64,000 bases of DNA from Hamiltosporidium tvaerminnensis FI-OER-3-3 (GCA_022605425.2 JAKIMF020000001.1:434001-498000); one strand, 5' to 3'; counted from the stretch's first letter, positions 1 through 12,642 are shown. The notes: a model not told the origin generated them from the letters alone. Translations and numbers: made by a program.

Positions 1-1113
1 TGCAAATTTATGGATTGCAAATCATAACATTCAATATTTGGAAAAATAGTGGGAGTAAAAATTTTGTATAGATTATCTGACCCCATTTTATTATATTTTG
101 AATACTGATCAACTTTTCGAAAGATTTTCTGTAAATAGATAAGCATCTTTCTATTTTCATTTGTAATCGAAAATATAATTAAAGGCACAATATATTCTAT
201 TATTGAAGGATCCGTCTGGTTTTTTATTATTTTCATCACCCTTTCTGCAATCTGAACTGAAATTATCCCATTCATTATCTCCCGAATATATGCTTTGAAA
301 ATTGAAGCGTTGTCATGAACTGATAACTCAGTATAATCATATCTCTTTCCTGCAGCTAAAACACCCGGCATAAATTTATAATAGGCATATTTACCAGAAA
401 TTCTAAACAATCCCTCTTTTTTGATCCCTTCATCTAAAATATGGTCACCAACGGTATAAACAAATGTATTTCTTTTTTTATATGATAAGAATCTTTCTTA
501 AACGAAGATCTGAATATATCTGAAATTCTTTCTAAAATATTATCTTTAAAACTGGATCTATATTTACGAAGCTTCTTAAAGCAAAAACAAGCCAATTTTA
601 TTTTTTCTATATGGCTAAGTGAAATCATATTTTATAGTTTCATTTAGCTTTTGTTTCTCTTTTTTCTAATTTCTTGCATGGAATTTCTTTTTTTTGATCT
701 CGAGATGGTTCATTTACCAGCTTTGATTTAAAATAAATTTCATTTATTTTGTATATCATTATAGGAAATTTATATTCCATATGATATTTTAACATCGGGA
801 ATCTCTTATCTTTATGATTCCAAATGTTTATTTCATGTATTTTTACTGCTACATTTTCAAGAAAGTATAAATTTGCTTTTTTTGAATCTTCTTTAGATTT
901 TATACTCTCTTCTTCTTTCTCCTTCAATTTCGAATTTTTAATGATCCTAAATATACTTTTATGTATATTTCCCATATCATTAATATCTTGCTTGCATTCA
1001 TTGATTTTATTTAAGATTCTAATCAGTTCACTCGATTCCAGTCCCTGATTTTTTGTTACTTCTGAAATATTAATTTTTTTAATATTTCCGCTGTTCTTTA
1101 TTTTGCCAATCAT
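1..1113 (-). pseudogene. RhoGAP-domain gene copy 1; frameshifted, and 3' end runs off the window
   Basis: Apparently identical to 12814-13925 except for a 1-bp deletion near 471 and two 1-bp insertions plus substitutions at ~613-645. These split it into ORFs 640..1113 and 434..628. Could be sequencing error. Confidence 0.75.
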
Positions 1114-2589
1114 TTGTTTATTATTGTTTTTTTTATTATATAGATTTCAAATCGAATGTTTGTTTGTAAATCTGCATTGATTCTCTTTATCTTAAACAAA
1201 GTGTATCAAAATGAAAAAAAGGTTATTAATATATCTTTTAATCTTATTTTAATTTCCTTAATGATATTACATCAGATATTAAATTAATTTTTAATAAAAT
1301 TCATCTACCTATTTATTATCATATCTTATATTGTTAACTAAAGATAAAATACTAAACAATTGACTATTTTAAATCATCAATTGAAGATGTTCTTATGTTT
1401 TGTAAGGAAAGAGATTTATTTATCTAAATTATTTTAAAATCTTTTATTCTTTTATCTATTATTTTTTTAAATTAAAAAGTGTATTCGAGATGAGTGATTG
1501 TAAATACCTAAAATTATATATCTTTTCGAATTAGATGGAATTTAATAAAAATTTTAACTTAATAGTACTTTATATCTGATAGAATAGAATTAAAAAAGAA
1601 TTTTACATTTTATTTTAGTATGTAGATATTTTTTACCCTTATCAGCAAGCAAATGGGATTATTTAAGTCCTACATTTTATTTGAATTTATATATTTTAAA
1701 ATTTTTAGCTACTGAATGAGATTATAAGTCCGACTTTTAGAATTAAATTTTAAATATTTTATCAAAAAAATATTTTTTTTCGGATTTCTTAATATTACAA
1801 ATCTGTTATATTAAGTCGCAATCATAGTATAATTTATAAACCGAAAATTTTGTTTTAATCTGCTATATTTATACTCCAATACGTGCCAAAATCTTTGATA
1901 GATTAAAAACACATGTAAATGCAATCGTTTGATGTCTATCAGGCAACAAAGATAACATAGTAAATATATAGCAAAATATATTGCGAAATACTAGTAAACC
2001 ATTCTAGCTTTGCAACAGAATTTTTTGGTATCATACGAGAATAAAACATAATTAGATGTTAAGAATAATATTATATAGGAGATATATCTCATAATAGCAT
2101 TCTATACATTAAAGTATTATTTTAATTTAATATAAATGAAATTAAGAAATTTTTTTGTTTAAGATTTATTCTTATATAGTTTAAACTAGGAATAAAATTC
2201 AAGATTAGACCTGTTATCATATTTATTTAGAAAAATCTTCTTAATACGAAAACTTAATTCTATTATTTTGATCTTTAAGTTACTTGGTTAGTATTTAGAA
2301 CTTTAAATAAAAAATAGGGACAAAAGGTATACGAATTAAATGCCAAGGTAATCATACAGGCATCATTTATTAGATAAGATTAAAATTAAATTATCGAATA
2401 AAATTAAGATTGAATTTATAAGAAATTTATTAGAATGAATTAAATTAATGTGAAATTATATTAGGATGGAAGATAAGATTTTAATTTTTAGGGAATTAAA
2501 ATTAAATTAAAATACATTTAAAGAAGAAGGTGTTGTAGAATAAACTGTTTTACTTATCTAATAGTATATATCTAAGTTAAATTTTTTAT

Positions 2590-2735
2590 ATTTAATAAAA
2601 TTCTGGGTTAAAATATTCTTACCATTTTTATATATTTTCTTCCACCTCTTTTAACTTTAAAAATCGTTTATAAGATTCAAGGTTAAAAATTTTTTACCTT
2701 TTTATATATTTTCTTCCACCTCTTTTAAATTTAAA
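2590..2735 (-). repeat. Two tandem ~70-bp relics of the non-LTR element 3' terminus inside module U
   Basis: tttaataaaattctgggttaaaatatt...ttttcttccacctcttttaac matches the element end at 57404-57466. Repeated twice and present in all four U copies. Confidence 0.7.
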
Positions 2736-3130
2736 AAAAATCCAAAAGTATTTGGTTTTAGCTTCGTATAAATATTTAAAATAACACATTTTTTAAAAAA
2801 ATAATAGAATTACAAAAAAAGATTCGAATGAATATTTAAAGAAAATATAAAAGTAAAACCTTTGCCTATTCAAATCAAATAAATACAAGAAATAAAAATG
2901 AAATAATTAAACCTTGGACTAAATTCTAAATTCAATTAAATAATAATCTCCAAATTTTAAGAAACAGCAATAAAAAAACACTAAATTTAAAATTTAGAAT
3001 TTAGAATTCATGAAACGAAAAAATCTATTATAGATATAAACAACCCAAATTAAGAAATAATTAAAATATTTCTAATTCATTTCTCTTATTGAAATCTAAA
3101 ATTTTTTTTAAAAAACCAATTAATTCTATT

Positions 3131-3367
3131 CATAGACTGATTATTATTCTTAAATTTCCTAAACTTTTATTTGCTTAGAATTTGAATTTTTTATATTTTT
3201 TAATCAATTATTTCATAGACTAATCGTTATTCTTAAGTTTCTTAAACTTTTATTTTCTTATTATTTGAGTTGTTTACATTTTTTAATCAATTATTTCATA
3301 GACTAATCGTTGTTCTTAAGTTTCCTAAACTTTTAAATTCTTATAATTTGAGTTGTTTATATTTTTT
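3131..3367. repeat. 83-bp tandem repeat, about 3 units
   Basis: catagact recurs at 3131, 3214 and 3297 (period 83). Only 2 units in the U copy at ~41562-41715. Confidence 0.85.
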
Positions 3368-3376
3368 CCTTCTACC

Positions 3377-5082
3377 TTGAGTGCTATGACAGACGAGGCA
3401 AAGTAATTTTTAGAGGTGATTGGCTTAGAGATTAACAAAGAGAAGTCAGCCACAAATGATAAGTATAGTGAAGATACTGCTACCTTCTAGAAAGTGTTAG
3501 TGTTTTTAAATATTTAGGAATTATAGAAGATAGCAGAAGAATTCCAACACGTAGCTCATTTGAAGAATTACAAAGCGAACTTTTATCAAGAATTGAAAGA
3601 CTTTCTCACACAAGATTAAATGCAAAAAATTTATTTTCTGCAATCAATCAACATGCGATATCGTTAATCAACTATCACATAGGAGTACTTCGACTTGAAC
3701 CGGCTGACTTCTCTAAGATAGATGATGCAGTTCGTTCGGTGTTGGTAAACAATAAGATACATCGTCTTGTAAAGAGCGTTTGTATCTTACTAGAACAGAA
3801 CTTGGAAGAGGCCTACATAGTGTTGAGTTGCGAAGCGAACATATGCTTCTGCAACTCTTGGATGTTCTTGAAAAAAGTAAAGAAAATTCAACTAGACGAG
3901 CAGAAATCCTTAAAGTGGAGAATAATAATAAAACCAATCTCTCACTCATAAAAGGCTTCTAAAAAGTAAAGTACAGGTTCGTAGAAGAAGTCACTAAGAA
4001 AAGTTTAGAAGAAGCTTAACTTGCAAAACTATACAACGAAATAGAAAAACGAAAACTTCATTCAAAGTTATATAATGCAAGGAAAAATGAGCTTGTAAGT
4101 GTTAGTGACTCTGCAAGATGGTTAAAGAGAGGGAATATTAGGCCACGAAACGAAGCTGTGTTTTCCTATATCCAGGACAGAAATTTATTATGGGGATCAG
4201 ATGGTATGTGTCAACACTGTAATTAATTTGGTAAGACTGTAGATCATCTAGCAACTCGATGTGAAAAAATGCTAGGTCATGACTACACCAGACGGCATAA
4301 TGAAGTGGTTTGATGCAGACACTTATTTCTTCTAAATAGATATAAGTTTAAGTCCTCAAAACGAATTTGGAGTCACTCAGTTTAAGAAATTCTTGATAAT
4401 GAGTATGCAGAGATAAGAGTGGACACCAGAATTTAAATTGATGTTAAAATTTAGAGTAACAGACCCGACATATTTATTTTAGATAAGAAGAAGAATAAGA
4501 TAACACTCATTGAAGTAGGAATCACTTCCCAAGATTGACTTAAAATAGTTGAAACTGAAAAACTTAGGAAGTATGACTTTCTAGCCAATAAGCTGGGTCT
4601 TATTTACAAATGTAGTTAAGAGATAATCCCTTATGTGATGACCTGGGACGGTATTGTAACAAAATACCATAAATCTCATCTTAAAAGACTAGAAATACAC
4701 ATGAATGTAGAGGCATACATTCAGTCTATAGAGCTTAAGAAGACAGTCAAAACAATTTCCTTTAATCGACGAAGAGGACTTGAGTCAGGACTAAATGCCG
4801 AAGAGAGCTGGGAGAGAGCGTCAATATGTGTTATTATGAGAGCAAAGATGCATGAGGAATTAAAACCTTATTTAAAAGAAGAGAAGAGAGAGGAAGATGG
4901 TGCAAAAAAATTTAAACCAAAAAATAAAGCACCCTTTATTCCACAAGGAAGAACCACTTTAGAGGAACCGACCAATAACATAAATAAAGAGTCGGATATC
5001 GAAGAAGAGACAAAATGGTTGAAGAAGTGGAAGAAAACATATAAAAATCGTAAAAATATTTTAACCCAGAATTTTATTAAAT
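3377..5082 (+). mobile_element. 5'-truncated RLE-type non-LTR retrotransposon fragment R+1 (RT thumb, CCHC finger, RLE nuclease); degenerate
   Basis: Homologous to the reverse complement of 57405-59122. Shows KYLGIIEDS, CQHC..H..C, RHNE and RPDI motifs, with several stops. Confidence 0.9.
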
Positions 5083-7989
5083 AAAACTCATATGATATCT
5101 TTCTAAAAATATAAAAAAGAATATTTTGATATTAATGTATGATATATTGAATAATCACAATAGAAAACCTCCAAAATATAAGTTAAAGAAATTAATATAT
5201 CAGAATTTTGTATAATACGTGATGTGTTGGAGTTAAATCTAATATACGCTATTTTGAGTATATTAGAGACAAAGAACGAATTAAAAAATCTCAAAAGGGT
5301 ATATTTTCACAAAGAAAACTATTTTTTTGGTTTGAAGACGATTTTAAATAATTTAGTTGTCGATTTAAGCAAAATTTGGATGTTACCAGACAAAATGAGT
5401 TCTTAAACATCATAAAAGTTTTTGTTTTATCAGAATATCTAGGTTTAATGATTAATAAGGTATTTCTAATTTGACAAATAGTGTGTGCTGTCTGCTAATT
5501 ATAAATTTATATTAAGGCTATTTCAAAATATTATTATATTTTTGAAAATTAAAAATTTTGTTTCCTCTAAAAGCATACTAATCTTCTAGTAGCCGGCATA
5601 ACACAAATTAATTGGAAAGATTTCGGGTTTGAATACCGATTTTTACACTGTTACCTTTAAATTACAAATATTTACGCCAAAAAAACAATCTATTTGTCAC
5701 AAGAGACATTAGTAAATACCTATATCACATGGCAAACCAATACTATATTTGTATACTGTTTTCATTCCTGAGAAAAATTAATCAATAAAGAAAAACTAAA
5801 ATAAACTTAGAACTTTAAAAAGAAAATTACAAATTTTTATAGCATTAAAAGTGCCTCTTAAAATGATGAATATTTTTCGGTCTCACGGAAACTGAAATAA
5901 ATAATTATCATCAACATATTTTATTCATCCCAAAGCTAAATAAAACAGAAAAGAAATGATTATCGAGGTATCGAAACAATATTAGAGTTTGTTGGTGGTT
6001 ACAAACATTTTGAATAAATTGAATGTCTCAAAGTAAAACCGAGAGAAATTAATCTAAAGCTATTAAAAGGACACTTAAAGTAAAGATTTAAACGTTTAAT
6101 GATACATAGTTGAATGTATCAAATTTATTTTACCAATCAAATTTTAGGTAAATATTATTCATTTTTCTTATAGAGTATTTGTAGCCAAACATTTAATTGA
6201 TCTAGATATATGATAAATTATTTTGTGTTCTAGTTATGAACACTATACAAATAGGACTCGAGGTTCCGATAAATCGTTTCTGTCAAAATAAAACCTTAAG
6301 AAATCTTTCAGAATGTTTAATTTGAATATATATGTGATTTTGCAATTCCGTGGTTCTCTGTAAAAAAAATAAATAAATTCTAAGAAATGAAACGATTTGG
6401 AGCAATCTTGCAACAATAATAAACTATTTCTGTGTAAAATTAAAAATAGAAAGAGAGATAAAGAGATGAAACTAAAAAATTCTAAAAAAAAATATCTAGC
6501 GGAGTAGAAAATCGAAAATAAATCAAGCTTTATATCCTAGAAGTAAATGATAATAGGTGTTAATAACACTTACAAAAAGCTGATTAAGAAACCTTGATGT
6601 TAAATATACTAGAATTTTGTTATTATTTAAATAGAATGCCTTTTTGAGAACGAAAAAACTTAAAAACGGCAGAAATTTCGCGTCGCGATCTTAACTACGT
6701 AAAGAAGATCCAAATTAAGAAATAAAATTTGTTTTTCTGCGCATCTAATGCTTATAAATACAAATGATCAAAGAATTTAAACGTCATATGAGCTATTCAG
6801 TTCAAAAGTTCGCCAAAAAAAGCGAAACTAAAAATAAATTTAGATAAAAGATATCAAATATCAAGTTAAAATTTACTTATGGTTCTGTATTGAATAGAAA
6901 TTATAGAGAAAGATCTATTTCAGAAATATTTTTTTTGCTTCAAACTGGACATGCGATAGAATAAATTTAACTTTATTTTTGTTATAAGTAAAGTATTTCT
7001 TGTATATTAGAACAGAGTTTGACACCATTACAGAGTATTTGTTCATTATTTGTTTCTAGACATCATAATATGTATACAATATTAAGTTTTGCATCCGAAT
7101 CAAAAATAGGACACGTGAACAGCCAATATTAGTTTAAGAGATAGTCAATTTTTGCTTTGATAGAAGAATAAAAGAAGTATAAAGATAGAATTCAGATAGA
7201 TTACAAAAGTTCGTACTTATTCTTTGTAATCGAGAGGAAACATAGATCAAAGCCATATCTTATTATACTGACGTACCTGAGAAGATATATATGTTTCGTT
7301 AAGTAAAAAAAGATTCAAAAACCATTTGAACTCTTTTTGTGTGCAAAATTCGAAAATAAAGCGTCGAATGTAATAACGAAGAAAATGTTGGAACATAATA
7401 ATTCTAGGAATAAATAAATCGGAATGGAATCGGTAATCATCATAAAAAACTTATGAATAAAATATAATTTAATTTTTATATTTTTGATTTCTACAAATCT
7501 AATTTAATATTTATTTTTCCAAAAAGGTAAAATAAATTTTTAAACCACAATACAATCAGTTTTTTTACAATATTTTTCTTTTATAATATTGTAAAAAGGA
7601 AATGGCTAGTTATAGACCCAAGATGCATGTAAAAGCATTTGGAACTAAAACTACGCATTTTTTTCCTACTATTTTGTTAGTACTGAAGACCGTCAATTAT
7701 TATCAAATAAATTATTTACATTTGTCATAGTACTAAAATCATTATTCGTAGGTTTTCCAAAAGTAAGTTGTGTGAAAATATTCAATTTATATGTAATAAT
7801 TTGAAAATTCGATTTTATTTGTATATTGACTTAGTTAAGAGCTATGGTTTTTTTTATACCAAATCATTCTTTATTTAAAACAACATATTTGAAAGATTTT
7901 CTTAATTATAGTAACTTAAAATTGCAATGAATATGTGTGTGTTTGAGTTGTTTTAAACAAAATATAAATATAGCTTTAATAAAAGCTAT

Positions 7990-8620
7990 TTAAAAAATTC
8001 TTTCAAGGATTTGGAAATAATTATACGGAGTTAAAATTAACAGTTCAACCCATTTTTTTGAAATTAAAAAATAGATCAGATAAATTCATTTTTTTTTATA
8101 TTATAAGATAAACCAAAATACCTGTCTTTTATTTATTATTAAATAAATAACATTACTCTTGGGCGCATATATCTGTTACCGTACTTTTATTTTGAATTTA
8201 TCATATAAGGAATATTTTGTCCATCATTTACAAAAATTAGATTAAGACAATAAAATATATGATAAAAAATACAAAAAAATAAACGCAATTTAAAAACAAC
8301 GGGAATAATATTATTTGATTAAATAGATTCTTTGTTCTGTCTTCAGATATAAATTTTGTATTCCTAGAGCTCTTCAATAAAGAATTTAAAAGTGTCGAAT
8401 TAATTCTCTTTTAAATAATCCAGCTTCTTCTATATAAGCAATTTATTTTGTTTCTTTGTGCCTATAGTTTACAATTAAGAATTGTAGAATATATACATCT
8501 TTTTCTGGATTAAACTATATACAATTTTACGAAGCTCCGCATTTTCAATATTCTCAAAACCTAAGCCTTTTGGTTCTTCATATAAATTCTTGTAGACCAA
8601 AAAGAGTGATATACGGCTCT
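7990..8620 (-). mobile_element. Possible highly decayed IS630/Tc1/mariner (DDE_3) transposase relic; also in S2 and S3
   Basis: Minus-strand translation (cleanest in S2/S3) gives ..LRKIVYNLIQKK..KLLYIEEAGLF.. (cf. YIDExGF). About 135 codons later it gives TPYNYF..E.IF (cf. PPYSPxLNPIE). Confidence 0.35.
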
Positions 8621-9711
8621 ATACTATTATCTCTTGAATAATGTATATTCTGTATTAATTTTGAATTAAATTATATAACTGATTCTTTTTCTAGTATTTT
8701 AAATATTTCTTCATTAATATTATTGAAATTGACTACAATGAAATATCCATATACCTCGAAAAATCAATGCCTGCATAGGTAACATAATTACTAGTCGTCT
8801 TCATAATGTTTATATTAAAATATACATTATTTTAAATTTCTCATCTTTTTCTTTTCGACAAGATAATTCTTTTGCGATTGTTCTTACGACTATTTACTAA
8901 TTAAGGCAACCTGTCCAGGATTTCCAGGATGTTTCAGACTTTTATTTACAACTTGATATAATGCAAACATAGAAATTCTGTAATATAAGAAAATAAAATT
9001 CGTGATATTTATCGCTTTTTAAAATCTAGGAGCATTTTTATGGTTGAATAATTGCTTTAGAGGGGATATAATGTTTTCACTGTTTCAATTTTCAATACAA
9101 ATAAAAAAAGAAACTTTAAAACAAATAGAAAAATTTAGAAACTATTGATATCTGTCATTTTCATTTCCATATTTCTTTGATCAAATCAATCCAATTGTAC
9201 TATAGTTTAGGAATATCTTAAAATATGTGCATTATTCACAAAACGACTTAATAATTCATATTTTTTGCAAGTGAAAAAATTTAAAATGTATTTTTTCTTT
9301 TTCTTTTAAATTCGATAATGCGAGTTTAAAGGTGTTCATACATGCCTTCATTCCTTTTTGATTGCGTGGGAAGTGTATCAAAAAGTGCATGTTTCTTTAT
9401 AAAATTTTAATCCGGTAACAGCCTCTGTAATATTTTTTTCTTTATTTTTAAGAAATTTTTACTTTTGTTAATTTTAAGTTTTTAATTTAGTTAAAATTTA
9501 CATTTTTACTGAAATGATAACAAAGATGTGCATTATTTCATTCTGATAATTATATTTATAACTTTCAATAATACATTATCGCCTCAATCCTTCTCACAAA
9601 ACCATATAAATAAGAAAAATAATGAAGTTAAACGCAAAGTTCTGTAGAAAATAAAAAAAACTTATGAATTTTGTATATAAAAAATATTTTTTCTTTAAAA
9701 AAAAGATGTAT

Positions 9712-9945
9712 AAGTGGAGAAAGAATAATCTCATTAAAAACTATCGCTTGGAAATGTGTGTATAAAATTTGTGTGAAAATCATTGCTTCCATTGAGGTGG
9801 GATATAAAACACCCCTGATCTATAGGCCAATTCCCTGTAATCCCGAGTTACAATAGACAAAAAAAACAAATGGAAAACTTTCATTTGTTCATATTCGACG
9901 CCAAGAGGTAAAAACAGAATGGAATAATTGAGTAAGTAAGTCTAA
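9712..9945. repeat. Unidentified dispersed degenerate repeat
   Basis: Aligns by eye to 45521-45745 (same strand) and, inverted, to ~10735-10900 and ~50890-51005. Confidence 0.65.
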
Positions 9946-10054
9946 AAATTTTCAAAATTGCTTCTTTTCGAACAAACAACACTCGAATTTCTACGTAGAA
10001 TAAAAATTTTTCCTTCTTATTTCTTATAAATTTATAAATAATACAATTAATAAA

Positions 10055-10625
10055 ACCGATAATGAAGTTTTGGATGCCAATATTTATACTTAACAAGTAT
10101 CTAAACATTCAAATCCAAAAAAAGATTAAATATCACACAGTTCAAGAACTTTCTGAAAATAATGATCAGAAATAAAACTAGAACTGAGGTATAAAGCTTA
10201 TTACAATATTATCAAAATAGACAAGATATATTCATGATGTAAAAGAAATTAAATATGATTACACTTATCTAGGGTGTAAACACGAACAAGATTCGCTTCA
10301 AAGAATGTAGACCAACAAACTTTAGACATACAAATTACTTCTGTGTGTTTTATTCTGTTTATAAAATTATTAGAAAAAAATTTGTTATTTCTTAGTTTCG
10401 GATTATACATGACAAAATACCATAAGATATATCATGAAAATTCTAAATACTCATAGAATTAGAAACACGCATGTAATCAACAATACACAAAAAGGCAGTC
10501 GAAACAATTTCTTTTCAATAACCAAGAGAATTCGAGTCAGGACCAAATGGCAAAGAGATTTGAAAGAAAGTACCATAAGTATTTTACAAGGAAGAGAGAT
10601 CCCAAGGAAACAATACGCTTTTTAA
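10055..10625 (+). mobile_element. Old, diverged relic of the same non-LTR family (RLE region); also ~22868-23440 and ~35680-36250
   Basis: cacagttcaagaa, caagattcgcttcaaa, gacaaaataccataag, cagtcgaaacaatttc and gagtcaggaccaaatg match the element's RLE/C-terminal region in order. Confidence 0.7.
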
Positions 10626-11077
10626 GCTTAGCTCCATTGGGTATTGTGACTTTAAACAATAAAAAACAAAAAAAAATCCACTCCTTATTTTGAATTAAGA
10701 TGCCAATATCAGAGATTCGAACAAAATAAAACTTACCTAATTATTCCTTTTAATCTGTTATTACTCGGTATTATAGAGAATTGAACTATAGATCCGGTGT
10801 AGTTTATATCCTACCAAAATGGCAACAATAAATTTCACAACAACTTCAAATAATCATTACCAAGCAGATGGTTTTTAATGTGCTTATCTTACCTCTTTTT
10901 ATAAACAAAAAACAAGAATAAAATTTAGAAGAAGAAAATTAAATATTTAAAATGATGGAAGGTTATTCAAAAAATAAAAAAAAATTTAAGTTTAAAAATC
11001 GTATATAAAATTATGAGTTAAAATATTTTTACCATTTTTTATATTTTCTTCACCTCTTTTAACTTTAAAAATCGTTT

Positions 11078-12642
11078 ATAATATTGTGAGTTAAAATATT
11101 TTTACGATTTTTATATGTTTTCTTCATCTTCTTCACGCATTTTGTCTCTTCTTCGATATCCGACTCTTTATTTATGTTATTGGTCGGTTCCTCTAAAGTG
11201 GTTCTTCCTTGTGGAATAAAGGGTGCTTTATTTTTTGGTTTAAATTTTTTTGCACCATCTTCCTCTCTCTTCTCTTCTTTTAAATAAGGTTTTAATTCCT
11301 CATGCATCTTTGCTCTCATAATAACACATATTGACGCTCTCTCCCAGCTCTCTTCGGCATTTAGTCCTGACTCAAGTCCTCTTCGTCGATTAAAGGAAAT
11401 TGTTTTGACTGTCTTCTTAAGCTCTATAGACTGAATGTATGCCTCTACATTCATGTGTATTTCTAGTCTTTTAAGATGAGATTTATGGTATTTTGTTACA
11501 ATACCGTCCCAGGTCATCACATAAGGGATTATCTCTTAACTACATTTGTAAATAAGACCCAGCTTATTGGCTAGAAAGTCATACTTCCTAAGTTTTTCAG
11601 TTTCAACTATTTTAAGTCAATCTTGGGAAGTGATTCCTACTTCAATGAGTGTTATCTTATTCTTCTTCTTATCTAAAATAAATATGTCGGGTCTGTTATT
11701 CTGAATTTTAACATCAGTTTAAATTCTGGTGTCCACTCTTATCTCTGCATACTCATTATCAAGAATTTCTTGAACTGAGTGACTCCTTATTCGTTTTGAA
11801 GACTTAAACTTATATCTATTTAGAAGAAGTAGGTGTAGGCATCTAACCAATTCATTATGCCGTTCTGTGTAGTCATGACCTAGCATTTTTTCACATCGAG
11901 CTGCTAGATGATCTACAGTCTTACCAGACTTCCCACAATGTTGACACACACCATCTGCTCCCCAGAATACATTTCTATCCTGGATATAGCAGAACACAGC
12001 TTCATTTCGTGGCCTAATATTTCCTCTCTTTAGCTATCTTGGAGAGTCACTAACACTCACAAGCTCATTTTTTCTTGCATTATATAACTTTGAATGAAGT
12101 TTTCGTTTTTCTATTTCGTTATATAGTTTTGCAAGTTAAGCTTCTTCTAAACTTTTCTTAGTGACTTCTTCTACGAACCTGTACTTTACTTTTAAGAAGC
12201 CTTTTATGAGTGAGAGATTGGTTTTATTATTATTCTCCACTTTAAGGATTTCTGCTCGTCTAGTTGAATTTTCTTTACTTTTTTCAAGAACATCCAAGAG
12301 TTGCAGAAGCATATGTTTCTTCGCAACCCAAAACTATTTAGGCCTCTTCAATGTTATGTTCTAGGAAGATACAAACGCTCTTTACAGCTTCGCTAAAGAT
12401 GTATCTTCTTCTTCACCAACACCGAACGAACTGCATCATCTATCTTAGAGAAGTCAGCCGGTTCAAGTCGAAGTACTCCTATGTGATAGTTGATTAACGA
12501 TATCGCATGTTGATTGATTGATTGCAGAAAATAAATTTTTTGCATTTAATCTTGTGTGAGAAAGTCTTTCAATTCTTGATAAAAGTTCGCTTTGTAATTC
12601 TTCAAATGAGCTACGTGTTGGGATTCCTCTGCTATCTTCTAT
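11078..12642 (-). mobile_element. 5'-truncated non-LTR fragment R-1
   Basis: ORFs 11065..11520 and 11719..11997 (CQHC..DHLAARC, RHNE). Starts ~80 bp downstream of the RhoGAP stop. Confidence 0.9.

Larger units (their letters stand above)
1114..3376. repeat. Module U copy 1 (RhoGAP upstream / RhoGAP-COPB intergenic region)
   Basis: Near-identical to 13926-16188 and 39541-41725, and to the reverse complement of 25598-27860. Confidence 0.9.
5083..10990. repeat. Spacer module S copy 1 (~5.9 kb, no intact gene; TE relics)
   Basis: Near-identical, same orientation, to ~17897-23805 and ~30706-36610. Confidence 0.9.

Noticed and set aside
824-1048. Short antisense ORFs within RhoGAP, LRR and retro genes (e.g. 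824..1048, 54660..55211, 57444..57809)
   Set aside because: Shadow frames of real coding sequence; their recurrence is due to the duplications.
3131-3367. 83-bp repeats as a CRISPR-like array
   Set aside because: Contiguous degenerate tandem units with no unique spacers, no cas genes, and a eukaryotic context.
4012-4022. TAA-to-Gln codon reassignment to explain the shared stop
   Set aside because: RhoGAP, LRR and TYW2-like genes end at TAA, and long genes contain no internal TAA or TAG.
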